Positions 22,466-36,800 of a stretch of 64,000 nt of DNA are shown piece by piece. How positions within the stretch are numbered: position 1 is the stretch's first letter; each line of letters begins with the position of its first letter. This stretch comes from Tubulanus polymorphus. Taxonomy: Eukaryota > Animalia > Nemertea. The notes below the pieces were generated by a model. The model searched no databases and was not told the origin of the DNA. It worked only from the letters and a program-made list of their open reading frames with translations. The stretch is from positions 31,001-95,000 of the forward strand of contig NW_027437461.1 of the NCBI RefSeq assembly GCF_964204645.1, given 5' to 3'. A program made the position numbers and the translations under genes.

Positions 22466-24826
22466 AAAATATTGATAAATCTTGACCCAAATTTTTTTTA
22501 CCTATCGAAGGGAAAGTTTTGGGGGGTTTGTTTGCTACCTACCCCTCAGTACGGGCCTGCGATTGGCGGCTGTAAGCACCAAAGGCTCAAAAGAAATGAT
22601 CTGCCAGACAGTCAGTAGATGAGAAAACAAGTTGAAACCAAATTTACCCCTGGGGATGGGCCTGGTTTCTAATCCGCCAAACGCCCCTAGATTAGTCCTT
22701 GATATTGTTCTGGTGACGTCTGGATCAGTGACATGGTGATATTCTTAGTCTCAGTAGGGCAATGGCAATATCCTATAGAGGTATTTTACCGTAAGGAATT
22801 AGAAGAATAGTGGTACTATAATCAAATAAACTTCAGGGGGGTGCTCTGCGGGTGCAGCACCCCCTTCTATCATACGCCGATACGATGGTCATAAAGATGT
22901 GCCCCAGCTTTAGAGTCATTAATTTTCCGATGCCGACATTCTTCCTGCATCTAAAGCCCGCCGTACGCCTTTGTGATTCATTGTACGATCCCTCTTTGAC
23001 CAGATACAAAATCTAGGTTTATTGTATTATCGTAAAGGTACACTGTGACTTCTGAGCCGACCGCATGTTTCATATTTTTGCATGCAATTTTTCCGCGCAA
23101 AAATAATCGTAAATGTGCGCGGGCTCAATATACTACGTTGTGGATATTTTGACCGAAAGCCATTCAGAATTCACGATGAAGCAGTTGTCATTTGGGCTAA
23201 TAGAGGACCCAATAGATGGTACCTGTCTTGTAATTTGAGGTGCAATCTCCAGTACAGCAGGGCATACCAGATGATATCTGTAACGATCTTCGCTTAGCTA
23301 ATTTTTTCGTGCCCATTTCATTCATTTTCTCACGCTGTTGCCTGACATACGGGTATCAAAATTAAAATTTAATTTGTGGCTGTCTTGCTAGCGCTTTGAG
23401 ACGACCTGGGGATCCATGACAGACCTATACTTTTTCCGTTTGTGCTTCTCCTTGTTTCCCTGTATATGACATCTCCAGGATATTTCAAAATGTATATGGA
23501 TGGCTCAAAACGCATATCGGGGGCAAAATTTAAAAAGATCCCACCCTCGGTATGAGTCCCGCTCGCGCTTTCACAATGACAGCACCCCCTTCTACGAAAT
23601 CCTGGATCAGCGCCTGTAAACATTTATCCATGTACACTGTAGATAATTGAAGAAATACCACAATTTCTGATTTTATATGACACTAGTTTGCCATCTATGG
23701 GGAATCAGAACTAGGCATCAGAATAGAACCTAATCATGAGTCACATACCGGGTATTCAAAAATACCACAGACGCAGATCCAGGTACACTGTCGAGGGTAG
23801 CACAACTTATAACAAGAGCCCCAAGGAGCACTGTGGCCAGCCTTCATGATGCATTCTGTGGGTTAAATATGTCAAAATACACTACCAGCTCAGTCAATAT
23901 CTTAAGTATCTTAAGTAGCCAATATTATAAGTATCTTAAGTAGCACAGACAGCGACTGGATCTGGCAGGAACAAATACCTCAGATAAATCTTTTCCCTTG
24001 GTCTTATTGATTTTAATGCGGAACAGAATTGAATGGCCATTCTGAAATTTTGAAAATCTGCTTTTTGCTGCAATTTCCAAGCAATTAAAGTCCTGACACA
24101 ACGTGCTTTCCAGCAAATTAACAGCATTGAGATGTAGTTTCCAGGTAATAAAGACAAAATCTTGAAGAATAATGTGCTCTTGTTTAAAATTATCTACTTC
24201 GTCCTATAAAAAAGTGTCCTTTTCTAGTTTGGGCATTAAAAAAAGCACGTTTTTTGCGACGGTAGCACATGCCTACGGTGCTACCATCTGAATCTGCGCC
24301 TGCTCTGAAAATGCTAGTTCTCGTCATAACTTGATTCCTTTTACAAGTGAAAAGTGAATGCATTAGTTGCTGGTGAGCTAATTAACTTAAAACACATTAT
24401 AGTGTTGAACAACAAAACTATTTTTAAGCAATCTAGATACAGGGGGTAGCTTATGTATTTTTCACCAGTTAATTTTGGCTGATTCAATTAGATAAGAGGT
24501 ACATATTTTAATCAAGACAAACACTAGTAGGAAGAGGAAAACAAAATCTCTTTATATTCCAGATTATTTATGGAGCATAGATATTTAACACATAGAAGCA
24601 ATTATCAATTAAAAACACGAAATAATTTCATGCATTAGATAGATGATTGGTAAATGTCACATTTGGACATGTCACATGTATTCATTTAAAATTCATGGAA
24701 CAGACATACACCTTCAAGCTATCATATATTAAAGAAGTTACAATTAATTAAATGTCTATTTGTCATTTTAGGTATAACTGAAATCAATTTGAAACATCAT
24801 TGCTGTGGTCATCACACTTTCGCTGC

Positions 24827-27800
24827 TTAAACGGAAGTCAATAGCTCTTGGAGAAATTTGTCTGGATTTGGAATTTCCTCGAGCAAACCTGGAATGAAAG
24901 ATGGCAATGGGATGTAATCAGCACTAGGTATTAAAGTCAATGCCGCATTAGTTGTAGCCCTCGGGACTGACGATTTTTCTACGACTTACGTGATGTACGA
25001 GTCACGTGTAAGTCGTATTTCTACGAGTTATCTATAAGTCGTGGTTCCATACGAATTCCGCGAATAACCCGTGAAAATACAATAAATATGACGTTCAGAT
25101 TCCAGCATGGTTCGTCATGTTCCCGGTCGTATCCTGAGCTGACAGTGCAAATCCTTATACGATATTTGAAAAACGCCTAATGAAAAACACTGAATCGGAA
25201 AACGCATAACGCCTAATTCATAGTAACATCCAAGAAATTGACCTAAATCCGTACACGCAACATTACATAGTTCACGTAGGGGTGCGTGGAGCCCCGCTTG
25301 TTCCATCTTTGTTTCTACCATCGTTTCTACGATCGTTTCGGTTACACCTTCGAGCAATTATGTTCAGATAATTGCTCGTAGGTTGAACCTACAAGCGTAG
25401 GTTGTACCATATTTATGCATTCCAGTTTTAAAATTCAAGAAAGCCGGTTTATAAGCGCGGCGTTTGTTTTCGCGTTATGTAATTGATTGCTTGCCGGCGG
25501 ACATTCTATCATCATCCTATAATGCAGTTTATAGAGTAGTAGTCTCGTTTCGTGAAGCGTAAAACACATGTAATTTCAAACTGTTCCGTTGATGTGAGTC
25601 TCAGTAGACAGTACAGTAAAGAAATTAGGTCATTTTTCTAGGAATAAGGCATTATGCGTTTTCCGATTTGGTGTTTTTCATAAGGCGTTTTTCGAGAACT
25701 GGATCCTTATATTGTTGAAATCTACCCTGAATCAATCGATTAAAGCTGCCACATGCACCATGCAGACAACATCACAAGAAAATTACATTGTATTTGTCTA
25801 AACACTTAGCATTGATGTGGGCGGTGTATTGGGGGTTGACTGTTATTCGATGACGACTTGTGGGGTTGACTGTATTTTCAATCAACCAAGATCAGTTTAA
25901 TTTCATTTATAAATTAATTCTCCACCGAAGTTTTAATTTCTAATCAATTTACCCATGAGAGAGTTCAACTAAGTCCTATTCATCACTGCCAATGGGTGTT
26001 AAGACGACTGATGCTTCCACATCAGGTGAAACGCCTGAGTATAAAATACATCCCGAGGTAATGAAAAATACGAAATGGCTTCCGGTGACCTTGACCTTTG
26101 ACCTACAGGACTTGAAATCTAATAACTCCCTCATGGTCTCTAGGGTAACCCATCCATAAAGTTTAACAAAGTTATCTTACCATTTATGAATTAATTACCC
26201 GGAAATTACAATACAAAACAGCTCCTGGTGACCTTGACCTTTGACCTACAGGACCCTAAATTTAATCAGTTACTCACTGTCTCTAGGATAACCCATCCAT
26301 AGAATTTCATTAAGTTATCTTACCGTTTATGAGTTGGAGCCCACTGCGGACAGACGGATGGACAGATGGACGCTACGACAGATGGACAGACAACGAAGTG
26401 AATACAGTATGCCCTCCACTACATGTTTTGGGGGCATAAAAAATTACAATTTTTGGAACTAAAATTTGTATTTCCGAGTAGTACTTACCCTTTCCTATGG
26501 TTTTTGCCAATATTTTCTAAATTTGGATTTATCGCCAATGGTTTTTCTATACGACCCGGCCCTGCGGTGTTGCATTTAGCCACCGGCGAAATCCGCCATC
26601 TTTTTACGTCATAGCAGACCAAAAAAAAACAGCTATGCGGGGCAGGTGGGCGGGATTCCCACCATAGGAAAGGGTAAGTACTACTCGGAAATACAAATTT
26701 TAGTTCCAAAAATTGTAATATTTCCGTCGAGTACTGTACCCTTTCCTATGGTTTTTGCTAGACTAGCCTAGCACAAGGATGGTGGGAAAAGTAGATAGAA
26801 AAACCACCGCTCAAACGCAAGGTAAGAGGGGAAAAGAGAGCACTTACCCAAGCACGGAATGGAGCACTGTAGCACAGGGAAGACCGGTTGGCCACAGTGA
26901 GTCCATCCAGCTCAGGGGCCCCCCCAGAATTTTGCAAAATTAATACTAGCAGATATGAGCCCAAACTATGTACAAGGATACACCCCCTGTGATCCTGATA
27001 ATGCCACATAAATATTCTACACTAAAGGGTCCGATCGGAAAGAACGGACACCTTGAGCCATGACAACAGGACCAAGTGAAGCTAATGAGCCTAACTGGCC
27101 TGAAACATCCCATAAATAAAATGACGTGAATGTCGACGGTGAATTCCAAAAGGTGGCCCGACAGACTTCCTCCAACGGAGCACCCGAAAAGGCTGCGCCG
27201 GAAGTAGCCATAGACCTCACTTGATGAGAAACCACTCCCTCCGAGGAAAGATTCTCCTTCAATAAAATGTCCTTGATCAGTGAAGAGACCCATCGGGCCA
27301 CTGTGTCCCGCGAAATATCCCCCTTTAGGTGATCCAGCAGCGGAATAAATAACCGCTCCCGTGAACCCCTCCGTGAAGCAGAGCGATCTAAATAGAAACA
27401 CAACGCCCGCACAGGACATTAAGTCCTGTCCGGGATGCCCGGTTCCACTCGATGTTTTAGGGCTTCAATTCGCCATTGACGCCCAACCGAGCCTGGTCGT
27501 TGGTGCTTTGCCAAAAATTCCAAAGCAGGCCGCAGCGAAACAAATTCATTCGCTGGCCCAAAGACAATATGACCTTGTCGGACTGAAAGCGCATGAATCT
27601 CAGAGCAACGGGCCGAGCAAGCCAAGAACAGCAAAAATACAGTCTTTTTTGACAAATTTGCAAATGACGCTGCCGAAAGAGGTTCAAATGGAGCCTCCAT
27701 TAACTTCTTCAAAATTACAGACAGATCCCATGGTGGAACTGTCCTTGTTACCCGAGGCCGGGAAATAGAAAACCCTGCAACCAGCTGGGATATCCGATGA

Positions 27801-30800
27801 TCCCCTGCCACATTTGGCCATCCAGAAGCACGCAATGTATGAGAAATCGCGGAGCGGTAACCTTTAATAGTTATGACCTGCAAACCTTTTACACCTTTTA
27901 CGTGAGCATGGATCAATTTCCCCTGCAGCACACCAATCCGCAAAATGACTCCATTTGGCATCGTAAATGGTACTTGTTGATGGCCGCTTAGATCCTGCGA
28001 TAAAGGAGGCAGCCTGTTCTGAAAAGCCTGAAGCTGACAAGGATTGCTGGACAATGGCCAGGCGAGCAGATTTAACCACTGGCTGTTTGGATGATGCCGA
28101 AAGTTCCCCTGAGACAGAAGCGATGGGAAATTCGGAAGAATCCTGGGGTTGTCGCACAGTAGGTTGAGAAGTGGTAGGAACCACCGGCCAACATGGTGCT
28201 ACCAGAACTATGTTGCAATTGACTGATCTCTCTATTTGATCCAGTAAGCGCGGCAGGACTGGTGTGGGCGGGAACGCATACGCATGCATCCCCGACCAGT
28301 CCAGAGAGAAGGCATCGACCCCCCACGCTTCCGCGTCTGGAAACGGGGACACAAACAGAGGACACCTCCGATTGAACCGGGTGGCAAACAGATCCAGCAG
28401 CGGATTGCCAAAAATGCCCGAACCCGATCGGCCACTTCTTGGTGGAGAACCCATTCTGTCGCAATAGCCTGACCTCGACGAGACAGAGCATCGGCCATCA
28501 CGTTCCTTTTCCCTGCTAAATGTGCCACAGTCAGGGACACGCCCTTTGTCTGGCACCAAAGAAGAATTTTGGCCGACACACCTGTGAGGGTTTCTGAGTG
28601 AGTGCCCCCTTGGTTCTGAAGGTAAGCCCTCACTGTTGAATTGTCTGTGGCTAACCAAACGTGGTGGCCCTCCACTCTCCTGTGAAAGAACTTCAGGGCC
28701 TTCCACACGGCCAGCATTTCTAGGAAATTTATGTGGTTGGTGGCCTCGTAGCGAGACCATCTCCCGGCTTTGACTCGGTTCTCCAGATGTGCCCCCCATC
28801 CTTGGTGACTGGCATCCGTGAATACACGAACTGGAGCCTCTAACGGGGCTAGTGACACCCCGAGCCGAAGATTCGTAGTTGCCGCCCACCACTGAAGATC
28901 CGGACTTAGATCGGTTGGAGGTACGGGAATCAAGGCCTCCCAGTTGCCCTTCGACTGAGACCAGAAGACCTTCCAATATTGTTGCAAGCGCCTGCTTCTG
29001 AGACGGCCTTAGGGCACCACCAGACCCATGGAGCTGATGGAGCCTAGAAGTCGTGACCAGTAACGAGCTGTTCTCGGGGTTGTGGACACTCCCGCTACAG
29101 CTTCTTGAAGTTTGGCTACTCGAACCATAGACGGAAAGACTTTGCCGATTCGGAGATCGAAGTCCATGCAAAGATAAGTGAACTGTTGGGCCGGCGTCAA
29201 CTGAGATTTTTCCCTGTTTACGCGGAACCCTAGCTGATGGACTAAGTCCAAGACAGGTCATTGCCTCCCGACATTCCTGAGCCGAATTCGCGACTATTAA
29301 CCAGTCGTCGAGGTAAACGAACAGTCGAACACCCCTTGACTGAAGTACCTTCTGAACTGACTTGACCAACTTGGTGAAAACCCACGGGGCCGTACTGAGG
29401 CCAAATGGAAGAGACCTGAATTGGAACTGGCGGCCTTTCCACTTTATCCTGAGAAATCGCCGAGATTTTGGGTGAATTGGAACCTGAAAGTAAGCATCTT
29501 TCAGGCCCAATGAAGCCGCCCATTGACCCGGACGGAGCCCTTGAATCACGTCCTTGGGCTTGGTCATCCGGAACCTTGGAATGTCTAGGTGCCGATTGAG
29601 GGATGACAGATCTATCACTGTCCGTTGACCCCCTGTTGCCTTTGGTACCATGAATATTCGAGAAAACCAGCCGGGAGAAGTTTCGTTGCAAACTGGTTCT
29701 ATCGCTCCCTTCTCGGCCAATTCCTTGAGAGCCGGAGAGATTAAGGCCTCCTGACCTGGTTTTGGCCGCGGTGACCTCATCAGGCGCGGTCGCCTTAGGA
29801 AACGGAGACGGTAGCCACGAGAGATGACCCGGGAGGGCCAACCGTCTCCAAAGAGGTCGGACCAGTGGGTTGCTGCCTGCTGCAGACAACCTCCCACTGG
29901 TCCCAAGAATTCATTTCGAGTTTTTCCGAAAGGAAGAGCCCCTTTTTGGAGCCTTCCCCTTGCCTCGATATGAACAGGAACTGTTACGACCGGACGAGGC
30001 TTGACACGATTGTTGAAGTTGCGCGCTAGTTCTCCAACCGGCATCCGAAGCCGCCTGAGAAAGCGCTGAAGTTTGAGATGGTCCTGTTTGCGTCCGTGCC
30101 GAACCTTGCGCCGCCGGCGTCGGACCAGAACGCTTTTTCCACGAAGTTCGGGGGTTGGACTTGGCCTGAACCTCCCGAATCTTCCTCAGCTCTGCGGAAA
30201 CCGGAGCGCACCAACCGGAGAAGAGTCGTGAAGACGTCCCCAAAGGGGCTCTCAGCAAAGCATTGGACACCATATCCGGTAGACGAGTTTTGGAACTGGA
30301 GTCCATCACTGACTGACGGGAGGCTAACACCAGATTAGCCTGACCCCGAACCGACAACGGAATTACATGTGAAACAGACCGAGCCAAAGATTGGATAATC
30401 CGGTCCATTCCCTCCAGTTTTAGGGCAACTGACTCTGGGTCGGAGCCCGCATGAACGGCGGCGTGAGTCTCGCGAAGCTCACCCGTCAACACCTTAAGTG
30501 CCATATCTTGAAACGAACCAACCCTGGTAAGATTGTCCAGGATTGACGTCATGGCCACCAAACCGGACTTAGGCAAACGAATACCCGACTGTGCTGTAAC
30601 GGTATCCGGGCTGATCAAAGTATAATCAGCATCCAGGCAGTTATGACTGTGATCCACAGCACCTGGAGTTGCGTAATACGCCGAGCGAAATGCGCCTATA
30701 GGTGGATCGGTTGAACTAAAATATTTCCCAGATTTCATACCCCGTTCTGGAGGGGGAAATGAAAATGTTCCAGGCCGACATTCACCCCATAATTGCGTAT

Positions 30801-33800
30801 CCAATCGAGCCCATTCTCTCGAAACCGCTGACGATTCCCGTAAAACGTTAAGATCGGAGTCCGGAGGGCGATAAGCTTCCATTGACTCACCGACCAGAGG
30901 AGCTGCTGTGGGCTTAGCGCGAGTTGCCCCGTGCTTGACAAAGAACTCACTTATCATCGCTCTAAATGGCATGTCCCCCGCTGGTTCGGATAAAACTGAA
31001 CGGGACGGAGATACATTGCGAGCCAGGGAAGCCCCCATCGTCTGGGGCAACCCACAATTGCTCGCGACAGGAACGACCCCAGAAGGAATTGCCGCTTCTG
31101 GGACCGGATCCTCATTGAAATCAGACCCTACCGCAGCATCCAGGAATTCAGAGTCAGAATTCCGAAAAACTGAGTGGGCTGGCGAACTTCTAACCGGACA
31201 ATCAGGAATTGCTTACCTGTTGTAGAGGTTGCAGCGACTTGTTGCGACGAAGATAACAAGTTTAAAATTTTCTCCTCAAATACATGGAAATCCTTCTGAG
31301 TCAGGTATTTTCCAGTATCCACACGATCATGTCGACTTTGGTGACGGTCTCTCGAACGGGATCGCGACCTACTAGAAGAATCGCTTTCATCGTTAACCAA
31401 CGTCGACGAACGATGAGAAGACCGACGGCGAAACTTCCGACAATAACGATCGTAGTCCCTCTCGCGATCAAACCTTGATCTGTGAGAAGGAGATCTTGCT
31501 CGTTTATTACGCTCACGGCGTCTAAATCTAGTGGGAGAGCAAGCTCTATCCCCGGAGCGACGATCAGAATCAGACGATGAACGTACCGGATGTTTTGAAC
31601 CGGACGACGTCTGGACCGGACCGGTGCCCGGACCGATGCCCGACCCGGTACCGACGTTCGCGACTACCGCGGCGCGCGCTCGGTTCAGAACATGTAGTCT
31701 GAACCGGCCAAACCGGCCGAACCGGTGAACGACCAGAGACCGGTGAATGACCGGTGAACGACCAGAGACCGGTGAATGACCGGAGACCGGTGCCGGTGAA
31801 CCAGCGTTCCTCCCCGGTGAACGGAGTTGGGAAGCCGATCATACCTGAACGACCGGCGACCGCTCCGCTTTACGATAAGAAACAGGATTAGAAACGTCGG
31901 TTGGCACATCGGCCGAAACCGACGAATCCCTGCTAACTCAACGACGATCTCTTAGTTTAAGAGCCTTATCGGCCCGAAGCCAAAGGTCCTCGGACCACAC
32001 GACGCAAATCTTGCAAGGATTGCTCCTTGCACATATTTGACCGGATTTGCGCCTGCACGACGCACATGAATCGTGGTTGTCCCAGGCGCCAAACAAATGC
32101 CCGCATCCCTACCCGCCACGATGCTGACCCTTAGGAGGGGGTGGCATAATTATCAATAATTAACAATTCAATTCAATCAAATTATATTTGTAAATAAAAT
32201 TCTTACGGAAAAAAAGAAACCAGGGATAACCCCCGAAACCGAAAGGACTAACCGCTATGAGAGTGAAACTCCCTAATATCCTAATTCCCAGATTTATACG
32301 GCGAAAAAATCCAACGCGTTCTACTGCGAGAACGCCAAGAAAAAAGAAAAAAGATGACGGATTTCGCCGGTGGCTAAATGCAATACCGCAGGGCCGGGTC
32401 GTATAGAAAAACCATTGGCGATAAATCCAAATTTAGAAAATATTGGCAAAAACCATAGGAAAGGGTACAGTACTTGACGGAAATACAGGATAGCTGGTTT
32501 TGCGGGTACCTCATTGTTGCACTTGTGGTACCTAACTGGTAGTAAATTGGTGCACCACAGGCACTGGAGACTTACAGCTTGCCGCTTTGTTTGTAAATCC
32601 TGTTTTAAGATTGCTGAGATAGCGTCTGAGAGCAGTCTCAGATTTGACCCCTGGATCCGCCACTGGAATGAACTGAAGGGCATGACCACAGAGTCTAAAT
32701 ATAGATTTTCCAGGAAGCCCTATTACATGTATTCATATCATTGATCTGTTGAATGCACACGGATAGTTTTGAGATTTGAGAGATGGTAGCACCGGTTTTA
32801 TTAGACGCTTTTGTGGTCCGTTCTTTAAGTATGCTACGATCTTAACCCAACTTTTCCCAAGACCCTAAACCCCCTATCATTTTCTCAACAGATCTACATC
32901 AATCTCAGGAATGATAAAAATGGACCTCCAGAAATGGACCGCAGAAATCTGCATTTCCACATAAGATTTTCATCCCTCTTGAATGGGATGATTACTGCTT
33001 AGTCTAGAGCTTTGTTACCAATAGAACCTCACCCAATGAACATGGGAGGTGAAAATTTGTTGGATGGCTGGATGGAAACATGGTAATACGCAATGTATTT
33101 TGATAGATTAAAACATTTAATAACTCGGCCGCATATTTTATTACAGAATTGAACCAAAGCATTGATTTTGATGCTTACCAAGTTCATATTTGAATAAAGT
33201 GTTATTAAGTAGTGAGTTAGTTATCCAGTAATTTTCTAGCCTAAAGCTAGGGATGCATGGACGCCATTATACCCACTTGGGGAAATGCATAATGAACTAG
33301 AATGTAGCAAACGCCACATCTCCATAAACCACCTTCCCCATAGGTAACATATTGTATATTTCATATATAACAGCAGCATTTACTTAATTGTTCATTGACT
33401 TTGTAAGAATTATTGGCTCAACTCAAGAAAATAATGCAGGATGTATGGCACAAACAGGAAATTATGATTGTATACCCTGGCAACATATTTGATGGGGTTA
33501 AGTATCATGGAAATCCATCAAGAGCTAGAAATGTTGTCTTCGCACGCAGAGACATGCATATTCCCCAGACACACTACATCAGTGCTTGTGACAACAGATG
33601 AAACATCTGCTATGATTGCAGAAGACAGAGTATCCTTAAAATTCAAAATATGCCATTTCAACAAAAAGTAGTTCCTAAGTCAGCCATCTAATTCGCGAAC
33701 TTTCCTAAACAATGGGGTTCTTCTTCAAACTATCATACACATACCTAAAAAAATTTCATGAAATTGTCTCGAATAGTTTTTGAATTATCGTGTACGCAGG

Positions 33801-36800
33801 GAGTTCAAGCGGACGCGCCACTGCGAAAACCAATACATCCCCTGCAACTACTTCCTGGGGATATAATTATATGGAATATAGAATTCAAGCTGCATCATGC
33901 TGACATTTACCTTTTTGAACCCTGGGAAACATACAACCAAAGTAAGGGATGAAAAAGGCCCATATTGAAAGAGTCAGAAAATATTTTTCAAACAAGAGGC
34001 CCACGGACCTTGAACCTTCATGACGCAGTAGAAGAAGAATGATTCAGTATTCAAAGTTTTACAGAAAGATTTTCATTGTCATGATGTAACAAGTTTTAAA
34101 ATAGTTAAGATGGTATAGGCTATGTGGCAATAATGTTCATTTTCTGTTAATATATCCTTACATGAAAAGTCGTGCCCATTTTAGCTGCCCCAAAGATCAC
34201 ACTACATGAAAAAAATGCATCAAGAAGATGGATGGCATTTCACCTACCAAAGTTCTTACACCTAGTATCATGAAAATGCATCAAGAATTGCAGGCGGTTT
34301 CGTGCTAGAAATTCAAGATGGCTGACTTGGCGGCCATATTTGAAAGCCGATGACCTCCATATACAAAAGGCATGGACAGCTTACCTACCTTGATCGTCAC
34401 ACCAAATATTGTGGAAATCCATCAAGAATACAGGATATCGACAAATTCAAGTTCTTGAATTACTCGTTCGATGGCGCTAGTCAGAACCGGAAATTGGAAC
34501 CTAAATTCGCCATGTTCTAGTTCATTTGCAATAAAAATCTCTCGCTTCAAGTTTTTAGTTAGCGATATTTTACTTACTACATATAGGCACGCATAATCCT
34601 TTTAGTATGGTATCGTGACAATGTGTTGAATTCGATAAAACCTCACTTTGAATGCTAAAGATCACTAGAAATGTCAAAAAACTACCAAAAATCACAAATC
34701 TAGCGATGACGCTCGAAGCAGCTAACGGAAGTAATGACTGGTGCCGGGTGTCATCACTTCCTAAGGTGAATTCATTGCAGGCTACACTGATAAGTATGAA
34801 ATGATATTACGAAATAAAATTGATTTTAGAAGGACTACACTCATAGATTCATAATAAAAATATGAAAAGTACCAGGACTCGAACCAACAATTAAAATTGG
34901 GCCGTCAAGTGCTGCCTCCATGTGACACCTGGCAACCAGTCTTTGCATCGTCAACAGTTGCAAAATGTTTTTTGATAATTTTAGGACATTTATAGTGATT
35001 TCTAGCCTTTGCCGTCAGATTTTATCATATCCAACGTAGCGGTAGGATATCATATTTAAAGGATTATGCGTGACGATATATAGTAGGTAAAATATCGCTC
35101 ACTGAAAACTTGAAGCGAGAGATTTTCATTGCAAATGAACTAGAGCATGGCAGATTTAGGTTCCAATTTCCGGTTCTGACTAGTGCCATCAAACGAGTAA
35201 TTTAAGAACTTGAATTTGTCGATATCCCGTATTGCGGGCTGCATCGTGCAAACAAGAAATTCAAGATGGCCACCCCAATGGCAGCCATATTTGATCACCA
35301 ATGACATTTTTTTACAATGGGGGAGGGGGGGACATCTCGCCAGACCGAATCTTCAAGCTAATTTTCAAAAAGGTTCATCGCAAATTACAGGCGAATTACT
35401 GTGTCGAATTCAATTCAATACCAGGTTCTGGCTTAGGCCTATGCAATAGGAGTCCATTAAGGATGTTCCTACCCATTAATTATCAAAATTTTCCATTTTC
35501 GAGAAACAGAAATAAGTGATACATTAGTACGTTGTTTATGGTTTGGCAAAGGTTTTTCATTGATCAGACATCATTATCAGCTTAAAATCGATATTTCAAG
35601 TGAAAATTTGCTACCCGAAAGTAAAACAGAAGTGGCCTGTCGATCCCAGGGGATAGCCTTCTTGAACGGAGCGCCCACTTAATTCTCACTCTAAAATGTT
35701 GACTAGGAGGTGCTGCCACACGAAGGCAAACTAGAACACTGTAAGTTAATTTTAAGGATTTTTTGGGTTGTGTTCCCACCACCAGTCTCATATGTAGGTC
35801 ACCCACATATCACTTTTTCTCTGAATCCATATTGGGACGTAGGTGTGAGTTTTAAAACATGATAACTAGAAAAGTATTCATCCTATTCGCCTGGAACTCA
35901 GCAAGCGTGTAGCAGGAATGTAATTTGAGGGATGCCTCCAATATCTAATATGATTGAAAGGTGATGTAATTATGCTGCTTCAAACCACATAAAAACAAGG
36001 ATAAAATATCTTAATATTGAGATAACTCCTCAACCGAGGTACAAAACCCGCACATAATCATTCTAAATATTATGGAGTTAAGTCCTTCTAATCATCATGA
36101 AGCGATTATGAGAAATCGTGTTTTAAAATTCCTGCTAAAAATTGACGAAATCAAAATTTTTTTCGCTGTTTTTAGTGTTTTAAGATATGGGCTTTCATGT
36201 TATTAGAAAAGTATTAGGCTCAATTAAGAAATGAAGAAAAAATTTGCATTAGGTAGGAGCCCCCTTAAGATTCTTTTTGAAAAACCAGATGCCTATTCAA
36301 ATCACATGTAATTAAAAAATTCAGTGCTTCTTAGATTGATGTTCCTGTTTTCATCGCGCACGTGGTTAAAATTATTGTTTACATCAAACATCTTCAACAG
36401 CTGATACGACCGCACCCGCGTCTGTCGATCATCTTAATTGATTCATATACTAAAATGCCCACTATGAAAAAACTATGCGGTGAATCAACCCAGAATTTTT
36501 CTGTAGAATGTCAAACACTAGGTACCTTTCTTTAAAGGTTTATTTGTTGTATGTCATTAACAATCAGTTATATAATACTTTATTCAAAACTTTGAAGCGG
36601 CGCGCCGGCAGCGAACGCTCAAGCAAGGTCAGTCACGTAGGCCAACGATAACAACAGACCACGGTTTTCCCAGTTAAGAGCATCTCTCCACATAAATTGG
36701 AGGGATACAATCAAGATAATTCCACCCTATAATTCCACTATTCAACGATCGACGCGCAGCTTAAACATGTCACCTCCAATCAATACGCTAGTCATGATGT

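Larger units (their letters stand above)
26441..32485 (-). mobile_element. Near full-length DIRS1 tyrosine-recombinase retrotransposon
   Basis: ITRs at 26441-26605 and 32349-32485, with an ICR at 26661-26758 complementary to both outer ends; overlapping gag, RT-RNaseH-MT and YR frames with disabling mutations. Confidence 0.95.

Noticed and set aside
28100-28420. Adenine methyltransferase domain in a retroelement as a novelty
   Set aside because: It is an established component of DIRS1 pol.
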